Assembly (NCBI GenBank): GCA_027460535.1
Contig: JAPZAR010000031.1
Location: 91,072 to 123,071 of the forward strand
Source of the DNA: Candidatus Methanoperedens sp.
GTDB taxonomy: Archaea > Halobacteriota > Methanosarcinia > Methanosarcinales > Methanoperedenaceae
Length of the DNA: 32,000 bases
Direction of reading: 5' to 3'
Shown here: piece by piece, positions 20,100 to 28,676 of the stretch
How positions within the stretch are numbered: position 1 is the first letter of the stretch
Layout of the letters: every line of letters begins with the position of its first letter
The notes under the pieces: model-generated
What the model was told of the DNA's origin: nothing
The model's input: the letters and a program-made list of their open reading frames with translations, nothing else
The model's database searches: none
Position numbers and translations under genes: made by a program

Positions 20100-21105
20100 C
20101 TTTTTTTCCTGTGATGCGCTTTATCTCTTTGTCAAAATCGGAGATGTAATTTTTATCCTGAATTTTCTTGAATCTTTCATATTCTTTATTGACCAGAGCC
20201 AGAGCAACTTCATGACTGATTTGCCCGGCATTGGTGAGTATTTCGTATTCACTGAATTTCAGGAAGGCGTTCAGTTTTTCAATCCAATCTTTCATGTACA
20301 TTGGCGAATTGCGAACCGCCTGTAATTCCGCAAAATCAAGATACATGGTAACTATGCGGTTCAAATGATCAAGCTCAGGTTTGTCTAGATAGTTTTTTGC
20401 TATGGTAACATCACCTGGCATGATTTTACCGCCAGGTGCTTTTCGCCATGATGTCAATCCCATATTTGGCTTGTCGCTGCTGGCTCGTGTGGCTATAATT
20501 TCCGCGGCGGTCTGCCCTGTAATGGCAAAGTGCAGTTTGTTCTGTACCATCGCAAAGAACTGTTTTGTGTCCTGTGCTTTTGGCGAATAGTCAATAGAAG
20601 TGGCGTAAATATCAGTAATTTTCTGATACAACATCCGCTCACTGGAACGGATATCCCGGATTTCTTCGAGTAAGTCGTCAAAATATCGTGCGCTGAAACG
20701 GGAACCATATTTAAATCTGTCGCTGTCAATCGCAAAACCTTTATGAATATATTGCTGAAGAATTGAAATTGCCCATTGCCGGAACTGTGTGCCACGTTCT
20801 GAGTTAACCCTGTACCCCACCGCGATAATTGCTTCAAGCGAATAAAACTTTGTCTGATATTCCTTGCCATCTTCGGCAGTATGTGCAAAATTTGCACATA
20901 CTGAATCTTCCTCTAACTCGTTCTCAGAAAAGATGTTCTTCAGGTGCTTGGTGACAACACTACGATCTACATCGAACAGTTCCGCAATCCGCTTCTGGGG
21001 AAGCCAGATGTTTTCATTAGCGTATAGCACTTCAATGTTGATTTTTCCATCAGGTGTTTGATAAACGGTAATTTGATTGTCGGGTAATTTTTTATTTTTG
21101 GCCAT
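20086..21105 (-). CDS. RhuM-family protein (commonly embedded in type I R-M loci)
   Basis: 339 aa. The N-terminal region ITVYQTPDGKINIEVLYANENIWLPQKRIAELFDVDRSVVTKHLKNIF...AIIAVGYRVNSERGTQFRQWA matches my recollection of the RhuM family. Confidence 0.75.
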   Translation of the reverse strand: MAKNKKLPDNQITVYQTPDGKINIEVLYANENIWLPQKRIAELFDVDRSVVTKHLKNIFSENELEEDSVCANFAHTAEDGKEYQTKFYSLEAIIAVGYRVNSERGTQFRQWAISILQQYIHKGFAIDSDRFKYGSRFSARYFDDLLEEIRDIRSSERMLYQKITDIYATSIDYSPKAQDTKQFFAMVQNKLHFAITGQTAAEIIATRASSDKPNMGLTSWRKAPGGKIMPGDVTIAKNYLDKPELDHLNRIVTMYLDFAELQAVRNSPMYMKDWIEKLNAFLKFSEYEILTNAGQISHEVALALVNKEYERFKKIQDKNYISDFDKEIKRITGKKDDDE

Positions 21106-21322
21106 ATTTTACCTTTCGTACATCCACGGAACCTCTGTTTTTTTCAGTTATTCTGCCAGTGGCTTTTCGCAGGCGTTCCAGCAGTAGATCATCTTCAAAG
21201 GAGCCACTTTCCGGTTTCTCGCCAGCAGGGGCAATGTCGGGAGCGTAGAGATACTGGTAGCCCTGCTTTTCGAGGAGTTCGATTGCGAATTTTTCGATGA
21301 CGGATTCGGTAATATTGGTCAT
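21092..21322 (-). pseudogene. Relic N-terminus of a second, different hsdR allele
   Basis: MTNITESVIEKFAIELLEKQGYQYLYAPDIAPAGEKPESGSFEDDLLLERLRKATGRI aligns with the N-terminus of the intact HsdR (MTTNKITESQIETFTIEILKTLGWQHVHGLSIAPGAEFAEREGFDQIILTQRLRKAVAKL). Homology is lost after about residue 58 and a stop follows at codon 77. Confidence 0.6.
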
Positions 21323-21338
21323 TGTATTTGTTTCTTAT

Positions 21339-22160
21339 TCATTGGTTTAGTTTAAGTACAGAGTTTGCCAGCCTTTTTTCATTGCCTATCGGTGTTGTGT
21401 AATATCTCTGCTCAATACCATACAATATCTTTTTAAGATGGTCGTCTGTGCTAACAAGAAATGTGTCATCTTCTACTGGAACATCTTCACAATACGACCG
21501 TATATATTGAAAAATCTGCTGTTTGTTATCTTCTGTGAATTGGTTTAATATATCGATTGCCATTGCTATTCGCTTTCTATTGGCTGTTTTCACATTGTTG
21601 CAAGTAAATGTTTCATCAAGAGAAATGAAGTCTTGCTCCAGAAAAGCATCAACTTCGGCTTGAGTGGCTTCTCTGTAGAGTTCCTCAATACCTCTGAATA
21701 TTGATTTGACTCTTGCTATATTTTTAAAGTAAAGACTGTCAGCGTTTATATCGTAAACAGCATCAACAAAACTATTGAGGATTATAATAGGCTTATCAAT
21801 TTCAAGCGTTGGTTCGCTTGAAATGCGAAACCACTTTTTATAAATTAATTGAGTTGAAGACATCTTCAGAAAAAGAAAAAAATTGCCTTGTTTGCTACAT
21901 AAATAATTGATTTTAGAATATTGTCTTACAGTTATTTGATTATAAACTGTACTATCAAAGGTGCTTCCTATAAAGTTATTCTCATAACCAAGACTTAAAA
22001 AGTTATCTAATTTAAACCATTCACCATCTTCCAACTTATATGCTGGCGAATATGCTTGACTATCTGATAAGTCAGGCAAATCAAATACGCCTCTTTGAAC
22101 TGACATGACCTTCAAAAACTCTGCATTTCGACCTTTTATTTCTGCTAGTAAATAATTCAT
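21339..22160 (-). CDS. Hypothetical soluble protein, possibly KwaB-like (DUF4868-like)
   Basis: 273 aa from MNYLLAEIKG, with GGAAAGGT RBS 7 nt upstream. No motif is securely recognised. Its size, its position directly after a multi-TM protein, and the central region LYFKNIARVKSIFRGIEELYREATQAEVDAFL resemble my recollection of KwaB. Markedly AT-rich. Confidence 0.45.
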   Translation of the reverse strand: MNYLLAEIKGRNAEFLKVMSVQRGVFDLPDLSDSQAYSPAYKLEDGEWFKLDNFLSLGYENNFIGSTFDSTVYNQITVRQYSKINYLCSKQGNFFLFLKMSSTQLIYKKWFRISSEPTLEIDKPIIILNSFVDAVYDINADSLYFKNIARVKSIFRGIEELYREATQAEVDAFLEQDFISLDETFTCNNVKTANRKRIAMAIDILNQFTEDNKQQIFQYIRSYCEDVPVEDDTFLVSTDDHLKKILYGIEQRYYTTPIGNEKRLANSVLKLNQ

Positions 22161-22164
22161 AATA

Positions 22165-22219
22165 TTACCTTTCCATATCCACAAATGTATATTTACCTTT
22201 CCATATCCATAAATGTATA
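22165..22219. repeat. 27-nt tandem duplication (period 28, 1 mismatch) at the junction of the membrane and soluble genes
   Basis: TTACCTTTCCATATCCACAAATGTATA (22165-22191) against TTACCTTTCCATATCCATAAATGTATA (22193-22219). The second copy encodes the last codons and stop of the membrane protein. The first copy supplies the RBS region of the next gene. Confidence 0.85.
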
Positions 22220-22735
22220 ATTATTGATGCGTTTTAGATTGTCAAATGCTGCGCTTTTAGGCTCTTTTATTTGCTTTCGTGTAATTAATAACACTTTGAT
22301 ATTCTTATTGTTCACGAGATAATAAAAGTTGAATCCAAACAGGAAAAATATCGGATTAAAATAAGAAATTCTGGAATAAAAAATAAAAATACAAATTATC
22401 CCGAAAACATAAAGAAATACCTCAATGTTTGGAATGCTTAACGCAACAAAAAAATAACCTAAATAACTTGGTAAGAATGCGTCATTGGCTGGTTCAATAA
22501 CCGAGATGGAGCCTGCATCTATCGTGTCTGTGCCTAAAAAGTTAATAAGCCGCATACTCAGCCATGTAAATATTAAAACTACTACAAAATATAAAATATA
22601 AGAAATTATATTTGGTAAGCTTGAAAGGTATGGATACAAAGAGTTTATGACAATCCCTTCTTTAATAAGAAATACAATCAACGAGAGTAATAATGAATTT
22701 AATGTCAAACAAAATTTAAAAATGTGTTCTATCAT
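22193..22735 (-). CDS. Small multi-TM membrane protein, possibly KwaA-like
   Basis: 180 aa with 4-5 hydrophobic helices by eye (LLLSLIVFLI, IISYILYFVVVLIFTWL, YLGYFFVALSI, VFLYVFGIICIFIFY, IFFLFGFNFYYL). It starts 9 nt after the hsdS stop. Very AT-rich. Confidence 0.45.
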   Translation of the reverse strand: MIEHIFKFCLTLNSLLLSLIVFLIKEGIVINSLYPYLSSLPNIISYILYFVVVLIFTWLSMRLINFLGTDTIDAGSISVIEPANDAFLPSYLGYFFVALSIPNIEVFLYVFGIICIFIFYSRISYFNPIFFLFGFNFYYLVNNKNIKVLLITRKQIKEPKSAAFDNLKRINNYTFMDMER

Positions 22736-22744
22736 TCATCCTCC

Positions 22745-23944
22745 TCACATTTCAACCCTCACTTCCCCGCTCATCAACTTCGGCAGCAGCGTATCGCGCA
22801 GGCGGGTGAGGGTGCGGATTTGGATTTGATTGCTTTTTATTTTTTCAAAAGTTGGATTAATTATTTCATGCATTTCTTTTAATTTATTTTTTGGCGGAAC
22901 TAATACCGTTGCACTTGATAAATGATGTCTTTGGATATGTCCCATTGTGGTTGCTTTATCTTCTGCTATTCCTTGAAATTCAGGTAAGTGATATTTCACC
23001 CAGAAATAATAAAACCATTGTGGAAATTCAGTTGATGAAACTTTAAATAAATGTTGATTCAAAACTCCTTTACCTTCTGACCAAATCACAATATCTAAAC
23101 TACCTGACCATGAGAAAAGCATATCACCATTATGAACCAAATATTTTTCAGGAACATCATTAGTTGCAATATCCGAAGCATCTGTAATTCCTGTTCTCAA
23201 TTCTTTTATCTTGATAACAGGCAAACCAACTTCACCGACTTTTGCTGGAAATTTCTGACAAGCTAAACCATTTAAGAACTCTGCAATTTCATCCATACCT
23301 TTTTCTTCCCACCCCTCCTCCGCCTCTTCCACAAACCACTGCCTGAACAGCGTCTCTGCCAGTGCCTCCAGGGTTTTGTTCTGGCGGTGCAGCAGGTCTA
23401 TTTTGTTGTCGAGGCTGGAAAGCACAGAGGCGATGGATTGTTGTTCTAGGAGGGGGGGGACAGGGAGAAAAATTTCCTTTAAAGCAGAAAGATTTAATGT
23501 TGGCTGAACTGTATCGTTTGTGTGACTATAGATTTGATATTTTACTTGTTCAAAAGAGAAGCAGTATTTTATAAATGATTTATCATAAGCCTCAGAAATA
23601 TTGGAAACACTCACTGCTCTTGCAACATTCCAACCTTTGTAGACATTGGGGACAATTGCACATTCTCCAACACTTCCAACAACCGTTAATAAAAGTTCCC
23701 CACCCTTAAGTCTTGTTCGGGAATATTTTTTTTCAATCTCTTTATCTACCATCATCACATCAACTGAAAAAATTCTTCCGTCTTTTATGTTATTAACTCT
23801 AAGAACAGGGATACTATTGGTAACTTGATGGAAACCGGGTTGAACAATGCCATAAGACAGACCATTCGGGATAATTATTCTCTCAAAAGGCAAGCAGTCC
23901 CAATGTTTAGGAATTAATCCAACTTTACTGTCTTTGTATTCCAT
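22745..23944 (-). CDS. hsdS: Type I R-M specificity subunit HsdS
   Basis: 399 aa. Two variable target-recognition regions are separated by conserved helices (LPPLLEQQSIASVLSSLDNKIDLLHRQNKTLEALAETLF and RTLTRLRDTLLPKLMSGEVRV). Confidence 0.9.
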   Translation of the reverse strand: MEYKDSKVGLIPKHWDCLPFERIIIPNGLSYGIVQPGFHQVTNSIPVLRVNNIKDGRIFSVDVMMVDKEIEKKYSRTRLKGGELLLTVVGSVGECAIVPNVYKGWNVARAVSVSNISEAYDKSFIKYCFSFEQVKYQIYSHTNDTVQPTLNLSALKEIFLPVPPLLEQQSIASVLSSLDNKIDLLHRQNKTLEALAETLFRQWFVEEAEEGWEEKGMDEIAEFLNGLACQKFPAKVGEVGLPVIKIKELRTGITDASDIATNDVPEKYLVHNGDMLFSWSGSLDIVIWSEGKGVLNQHLFKVSSTEFPQWFYYFWVKYHLPEFQGIAEDKATTMGHIQRHHLSSATVLVPPKNKLKEMHEIINPTFEKIKSNQIQIRTLTRLRDTLLPKLMSGEVRVEM

Positions 23945-23945
23945 A

Positions 23946-25553
23946 TCATCCCACAGTTGTGTTATTGATATTGATTTTAGAAAGATTGTTTTGAATACGA
24001 TTGTTTAATTCGGTTTCTTCGATAATTTGTTTTTCCAACTCGGTTTTCAGAGAAATAAATCGTTCAACAAAATTGAAATCATCCTCATCATCTGGCAAGC
24101 CAATATACCTGCCGGGTGTCAGTACATAGTTCAAAGTCTTTACGTCATCCAGTGCCGCTGATTTACAGAATCCCTGCACATCCTTATATTCCCCTTCACC
24201 TGTGCGCCAGTTGTGATATGTGCGCCCGATCAATGCAATATCTTCATCAGATAACTCCCTGTTTTTGCGGTTAATCAAATGCCCCATATTACGGGTATCA
24301 ATAAACAATATTTTGCCCTTGCGTTGCTGTTTGTTACGGCTCAAAAACCACAAGCATGCGGGAATCTGGGTATTCAGGAATAGCTTGGTTGGAAGATTCA
24401 CAATGCAATCTATTAAATCATTTTCCACCATAGCCTTGCGTATATCGCCTTCGTTGTTGGTTTTGGTGGTCAGTGAACCCTTAGCCAAAACAAAGCCAGC
24501 CTGCCCCGTCGGCGCCAGATGATAGAGGAAATGCTGTATCCATGCATAGTTGGCGTTGGCTGGCGGCGGCGGCAGTTTTTGTCCTAATACGCTCCAGCGC
24601 GCATCATCACGGAGCATCTCGCCGCTCCAGTCACTGTCGTTGAATGGGGGATTTGCAATGATGTAATCGGCCTTCAGATCCTTATGCATATCGTTGAGAA
24701 AAGAGCCTTCATTGTTCCACTTTACATTGCTGCTGTCAATGCCGCGGATGGCAAGGTTCATTTTGGCCAGGCGCCAGGTGGTCTGGTTGCTCTCCTGCCC
24801 GTATATTGAGATGCGGTCTTTGGGATCAATGCTTAATTTCCTGCCATTATTTTTTTTATAATGATCCTGATGCGCCTCAATGAACTTTTCACTCTGCACA
24901 AACATACCGCCAGAACCGCAGCAGGGGTCAAAAACGCGCCCTTCATAAGGCTCAAGCATCTCAACCAGTAGCTTTACAACGCTACCCGGAGTGTAGAACT
25001 GTCCTCCCTTTTTGCCTTCTGCCAATGCAAATTCACCCAAGAAATATTCAAATACCTTGCCCAAGAGGTCTTTACCTTTTGCTTCCTTAGTACCCAATTC
25101 CGCGCTGCCTATAAGGTCAATCAAACCGCCAAGGCTCTGTTTGTCTAATTTCTCCTGTGCAAATACTCTGGGCAACACCCCTCTGAGGGAAGGGTTGTCC
25201 TTTTCGATTGCATCCATGGCTTCATCTACATCTTTGCCTATGGTGGGAAGCTTTGCTCGACCCTGCAACCAATTCCAGCGCGAAGAAGGGGGCACGTAAA
25301 AAACCTTTTCAGCAGTGTATTCATTCTTATCTTCGGGGTCAGCACCTTCATAGGCGCCTTTGCCTTCTTTCAGCTTTTGATGAAGTTCGAGAAAGGCGTC
25401 AGAAATATATTTCAGGAAGATCAAGCCCAAAACAATATGCTTGTATTCGGCTGCATCCATGTTCTTGCGCAACTTGTCGGCTGCCTTCCAGAGTTTCTTT
25501 TCTAAGGGTTCATCATTGTGGTTATTTTTTTCTTTATCGAACCGGGCCATCAA
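23946..25553 (-). CDS. hsdM: Type I R-M N6-adenine DNA methyltransferase HsdM
   Basis: 535 aa. The SAM motif is FDPCCGSGGMF and the catalytic motif is IANPPFN. The N-terminal HsdM domain reads LWKAADKLRKNMDAAEYKHIVLGLIFLKYISD. Confidence 0.95.
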   Translation of the reverse strand: MMARFDKEKNNHNDEPLEKKLWKAADKLRKNMDAAEYKHIVLGLIFLKYISDAFLELHQKLKEGKGAYEGADPEDKNEYTAEKVFYVPPSSRWNWLQGRAKLPTIGKDVDEAMDAIEKDNPSLRGVLPRVFAQEKLDKQSLGGLIDLIGSAELGTKEAKGKDLLGKVFEYFLGEFALAEGKKGGQFYTPGSVVKLLVEMLEPYEGRVFDPCCGSGGMFVQSEKFIEAHQDHYKKNNGRKLSIDPKDRISIYGQESNQTTWRLAKMNLAIRGIDSSNVKWNNEGSFLNDMHKDLKADYIIANPPFNDSDWSGEMLRDDARWSVLGQKLPPPPANANYAWIQHFLYHLAPTGQAGFVLAKGSLTTKTNNEGDIRKAMVENDLIDCIVNLPTKLFLNTQIPACLWFLSRNKQQRKGKILFIDTRNMGHLINRKNRELSDEDIALIGRTYHNWRTGEGEYKDVQGFCKSAALDDVKTLNYVLTPGRYIGLPDDEDDFNFVERFISLKTELEKQIIEETELNNRIQNNLSKININNTTVG

Positions 25554-25663
25554 TCAGTCTCCTATACAAACAATATATATTTTATTTTTAAGTCCGAATG
25601 AACTGCAGGCGCTCTTAGTGCGCGCGCATCGTAAATAACATAAAGTACAAAGTAATGCTGCTT

Positions 25664-26248
25664 TCATAATAGATGACTTTTTGTAACTTCAATAATTCGA
25701 TCTAACATAATAGCTGAATTTCTAAATTTCATATCCTTTTCCTGTGGATTTCCAATTTTCTCTCTAAAACCTTGTGTTATAGAATCAAGGACAATATCCA
25801 AGTCTTCTCTTAGTTTTATCTCTTTCTCATTTAAGACTTCATTTAAGTCAGGTTGATTTTCTGTATGATATTTCTTCATATAATTGGATATTTTAATAAT
25901 TTGATTTTCAATTTCTTCTTGTGATTTCTTTTTGAAGATGTTCTTATCATTTTTAATAAAGGATATCCAATTCTTACTATTTCGTTTACTATTACAAGTA
26001 GGGCAGGACGGAACTACATTTCCTATAACATGAAGTCCACCAATTGTTTCTGGCCACAAATGGTCAGGCTGTAAATCTTGATCATCCTTGGAAATACCAC
26101 AATAAACACAATTAGGCCCTAATTCCTCAAGTGATCTCTCAAATGCATCCTCTTGACTATGCTTCTGCAATAAAACTGATAAAATAGCCTTTCTAAATGC
26201 ACCACGTCCATTTCCTAGAATTTGTGCAATTGGTTTCGGTTTTGGCAT
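25664..26248 (-). CDS. HNH endonuclease-domain protein
   Basis: 194 aa with CVYCG...DHLWP...GNVVPSCPTCNSKRNSK (CxxC...DH...N...CxxCN). AAGGAG RBS and a TATA-like AAATATATAAC lie upstream. AT-rich. Confidence 0.85.
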   Translation of the reverse strand: MPKPKPIAQILGNGRGAFRKAILSVLLQKHSQEDAFERSLEELGPNCVYCGISKDDQDLQPDHLWPETIGGLHVIGNVVPSCPTCNSKRNSKNWISFIKNDKNIFKKKSQEEIENQIIKISNYMKKYHTENQPDLNEVLNEKEIKLREDLDIVLDSITQGFREKIGNPQEKDMKFRNSAIMLDRIIEVTKSHLL

Positions 26249-26383
26249 TGTTTATCTCCTTTATGTTATATATTTAGTGTCACTATTACGCACAACGGTA
26301 TGAGTGTTTGATTAGGACGGAACCTTTGGATTTTAACCTGTTAAATGAAATTGCTCTTTGATTATACAAATCAAACAACAGCA

Positions 26384-27409
26384 TCAATCTTCACCTGATT
26401 CATATGTTTCTAAAAGTAAAACCGAAACTCCCGGGCCGCCTTCATCATTCCATTGCCCTTCGTGTCTATTCGGTGGAAGGTCATTATTTGAAAAAGAAAA
26501 ATCAACCAACTCCTGCAGGAAAGATCGTCTTGATGGTCGTATGCTAGGAGGCGTTGCATAGAAACACCCATCTATTTCAGATGGCGAAGCTCCTGTAGTT
26601 CTAGGTTGTTTTCCGTATTTAGAATTAGCTCTTCGAAATGCTTTTTCAGCGGAGCTTTTTAAAATGTCCCAAACGACTCTTGACCATCCATTTTCCTTAA
26701 TAGCTGTTTTGCTATCATCAAATGGATCACCGGAAAGGAGTTCCAATGAATGAACAATTTCCAATCCGAGGTCACAATGATCCATTATCGGATTGCTTGG
26801 AATGCAAGATCCGATAGGATAGGTGCATGGACTACCCAATATACCGGATTCCGGTCTTTCAGGAGGTCGGTCATCAATAAGTAGATATTGAGCGCCTCTA
26901 CGTGGAGCTGAGGGCTTAACGTGTCTTGTTTGACCATTTAATGAGCCAGAAGTGACATAGGTAAATGCAGGCCACGTTGAATAAAGTTTTAATTGGTCTT
27001 TGTCATTTCCACGAAGTTTATATGGCTGAACCGCAGACTTTTTTGCCTGATATAAAATTGCATTTCTAATTACATTTCCGTCAATATCAGAATGGACATG
27101 ACACCATAATAAATCGCCGAGTTCGCATGAGTTGCCTTTCATACCGCTAAAGTTGACTTTAGGTGTCTGATGACAATAAATTCCAGTAACAACAATCCGG
27201 ATTCCGAGTGAATCAAAAACATTGCGCCATTCATTTTCAATAATTTTTGTACCATTTAAAACCAAAGATGCAACGATATCTGGTTCTTCAGGCTCATTAC
27301 CTCTGATTCTACAATTATTCCATGCTTCAATCATGCTTACTGATATTGCATATCGAGCAGAAGTAACTAGATAAGGCTTAACCTTCATAACAGTAAGCAA
27401 AAATGACAT
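26384..27409 (-). CDS. Uncharacterised 341-aa protein with a PD-(D/E)xK-like motif
   Basis: Long ORF with GAAGGA RBS. I recognise no family. CELGDLLWCHVH...(about 20 aa)...ILYQAKK resembles an E..D...QxK restriction-endonuclease-fold core. No P-loop seen. The C-terminal 90 or so residues are P/S/R/G-rich. Confidence 0.6.
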   Translation of the reverse strand: MSFLLTVMKVKPYLVTSARYAISVSMIEAWNNCRIRGNEPEEPDIVASLVLNGTKIIENEWRNVFDSLGIRIVVTGIYCHQTPKVNFSGMKGNSCELGDLLWCHVHSDIDGNVIRNAILYQAKKSAVQPYKLRGNDKDQLKLYSTWPAFTYVTSGSLNGQTRHVKPSAPRRGAQYLLIDDRPPERPESGILGSPCTYPIGSCIPSNPIMDHCDLGLEIVHSLELLSGDPFDDSKTAIKENGWSRVVWDILKSSAEKAFRRANSKYGKQPRTTGASPSEIDGCFYATPPSIRPSRRSFLQELVDFSFSNNDLPPNRHEGQWNDEGGPGVSVLLLETYESGED

Positions 27410-27870
27410 GTTCCTTCATCTCTATTATTATATGCTCTTGCGTTCGCTTTTTGCACATTACTCGTTCATATCCGAACTCGATTCGAATATAGGTTCTTTT
27501 GCCTGAATACCAATTCCTTACTCATCAAATACCACCTCGCATTATATTTGTCTAAAGGATTTTTTATTCTGCTTAATTCTATATTACTCACATATGTATA
27601 AGAGTTCCTCATAATAGTGAATTTAAACCATAATACTAATGGTGGCCTTAGTCATGCAAATGCATGGCTTATCAGTGCACAGTTAATTATTTCAGGTGCA
27701 GGAACAGTAAGACAAAAGCCTTTATAACAAAGATCGCACACATGGTCGAAAAGGAAGCCATCAACCCATCCCAGGTCCTTCATCACCATACATTCCTATC
27801 TCGCAGTGGATAGCTTTCAACCGAGTTCTTGACCAGCTTGCCGTACTTCTTCTACCTTCTCATCTCCATG

Positions 27871-28076
27871 GTGAACAGGGTCTTCAATCAAAATAATCCC
27901 ATAGCCCTTCATATCCAGCAGCCCCATCACCCTATTCCTCTCGCCAGCCATCTTGAATCTATAGCAGGACTGTCGCCCAACCGCAGGCGGATTCGGGCCG
28001 AACGGGCGGCGGGGGTTTGATGTGGTTGCCCGGGGTGCATATCGGCACCAAGGGATTAATATTTTTTAAGTGATAC
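27871..28076 (+). repeat. Composite repeat unit 1 (body B 27871-27987, tail T1, promoter-like P 28031-28076)
   Basis: B runs GTGAACAGGGTCTTCAATC...CCCCATCACCCTATTCCTCTCGCCAGCCATCTTGAATCTATAGCAGGACTGTCGCCCAACCGCAGG. P reads CATATCGGCACCaagggaTTAATATTTTTTAAGTGATA and abuts the MNT gene region. Confidence 0.85.
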
Positions 28077-28136
28077 ATGTCTTCGACCCTTCCTGCACCC
28101 CAATTCTTAAATATTATTGTTCACATATATGAACAT

Positions 28137-28676
28137 ATGTTCAAAAAAATGAACGTATTCTCAAAGCCCTCCATACAAATAATACAATATCTTGGCAGGA
28201 GATATCGAGATGGCTACTATGTCCGCGAGATATCAAGAAATCTTGGTATCGGTCTGGGATCAGCGAGCCAGAGCCTGAGAACGCTCGAAGAAGCCGGACT
28301 CGTTTTAAAAGAGCACAAGGGCAGGCTGGTAATATACAGGGCGAACATGCAAAATTTCGTGCTCAGGGAGTTCAAGATACTTCTCACCCTTCTGGAAATA
28401 TATCCGTTCATCTTGCCCTTAAAAAAAATCTCTTCAAGGATCATCCTATTTGGAAGCTGTTCCGCAGGGGAGGACACAATAGACAGCGATATCGATATTT
28501 TCATTGAATCCGATAATAAAAGAGATGTTTCCATGCTTCATGACCGTTATTGGGAAGAGATCCCCAGGAAGATATCTCCCATTATTCTGGACGCCTCTGA
28601 ATTCAGGAACCTGGAGGCTAAAGACAGACCACTTTTCGAAAGGATTAACATTGGAAAAGTAATCCATGAAACATAA
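28137..28676 (+). CDS. Winged-helix + minimal nucleotidyltransferase (MNT) fusion, antitoxin-type partner of HEPN
   Basis: The wHTH is IQIIQYLGRRYRDGYYVREISRNLGIGLGSASQSLRTLEEAGLV. The NTase motif is ILFGSCSAGEDTIDSDIDIF. The start is set at M21 of the track ORF because the 28077 ATG lies too close to the TATA-like box (28057-28068). 28149 is also possible. Confidence 0.8.
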   Translation: MFKKMNVFSKPSIQIIQYLGRRYRDGYYVREISRNLGIGLGSASQSLRTLEEAGLVLKEHKGRLVIYRANMQNFVLREFKILLTLLEIYPFILPLKKISSRIILFGSCSAGEDTIDSDIDIFIESDNKRDVSMLHDRYWEEIPRKISPIILDASEFRNLEAKDRPLFERINIGKVIHET

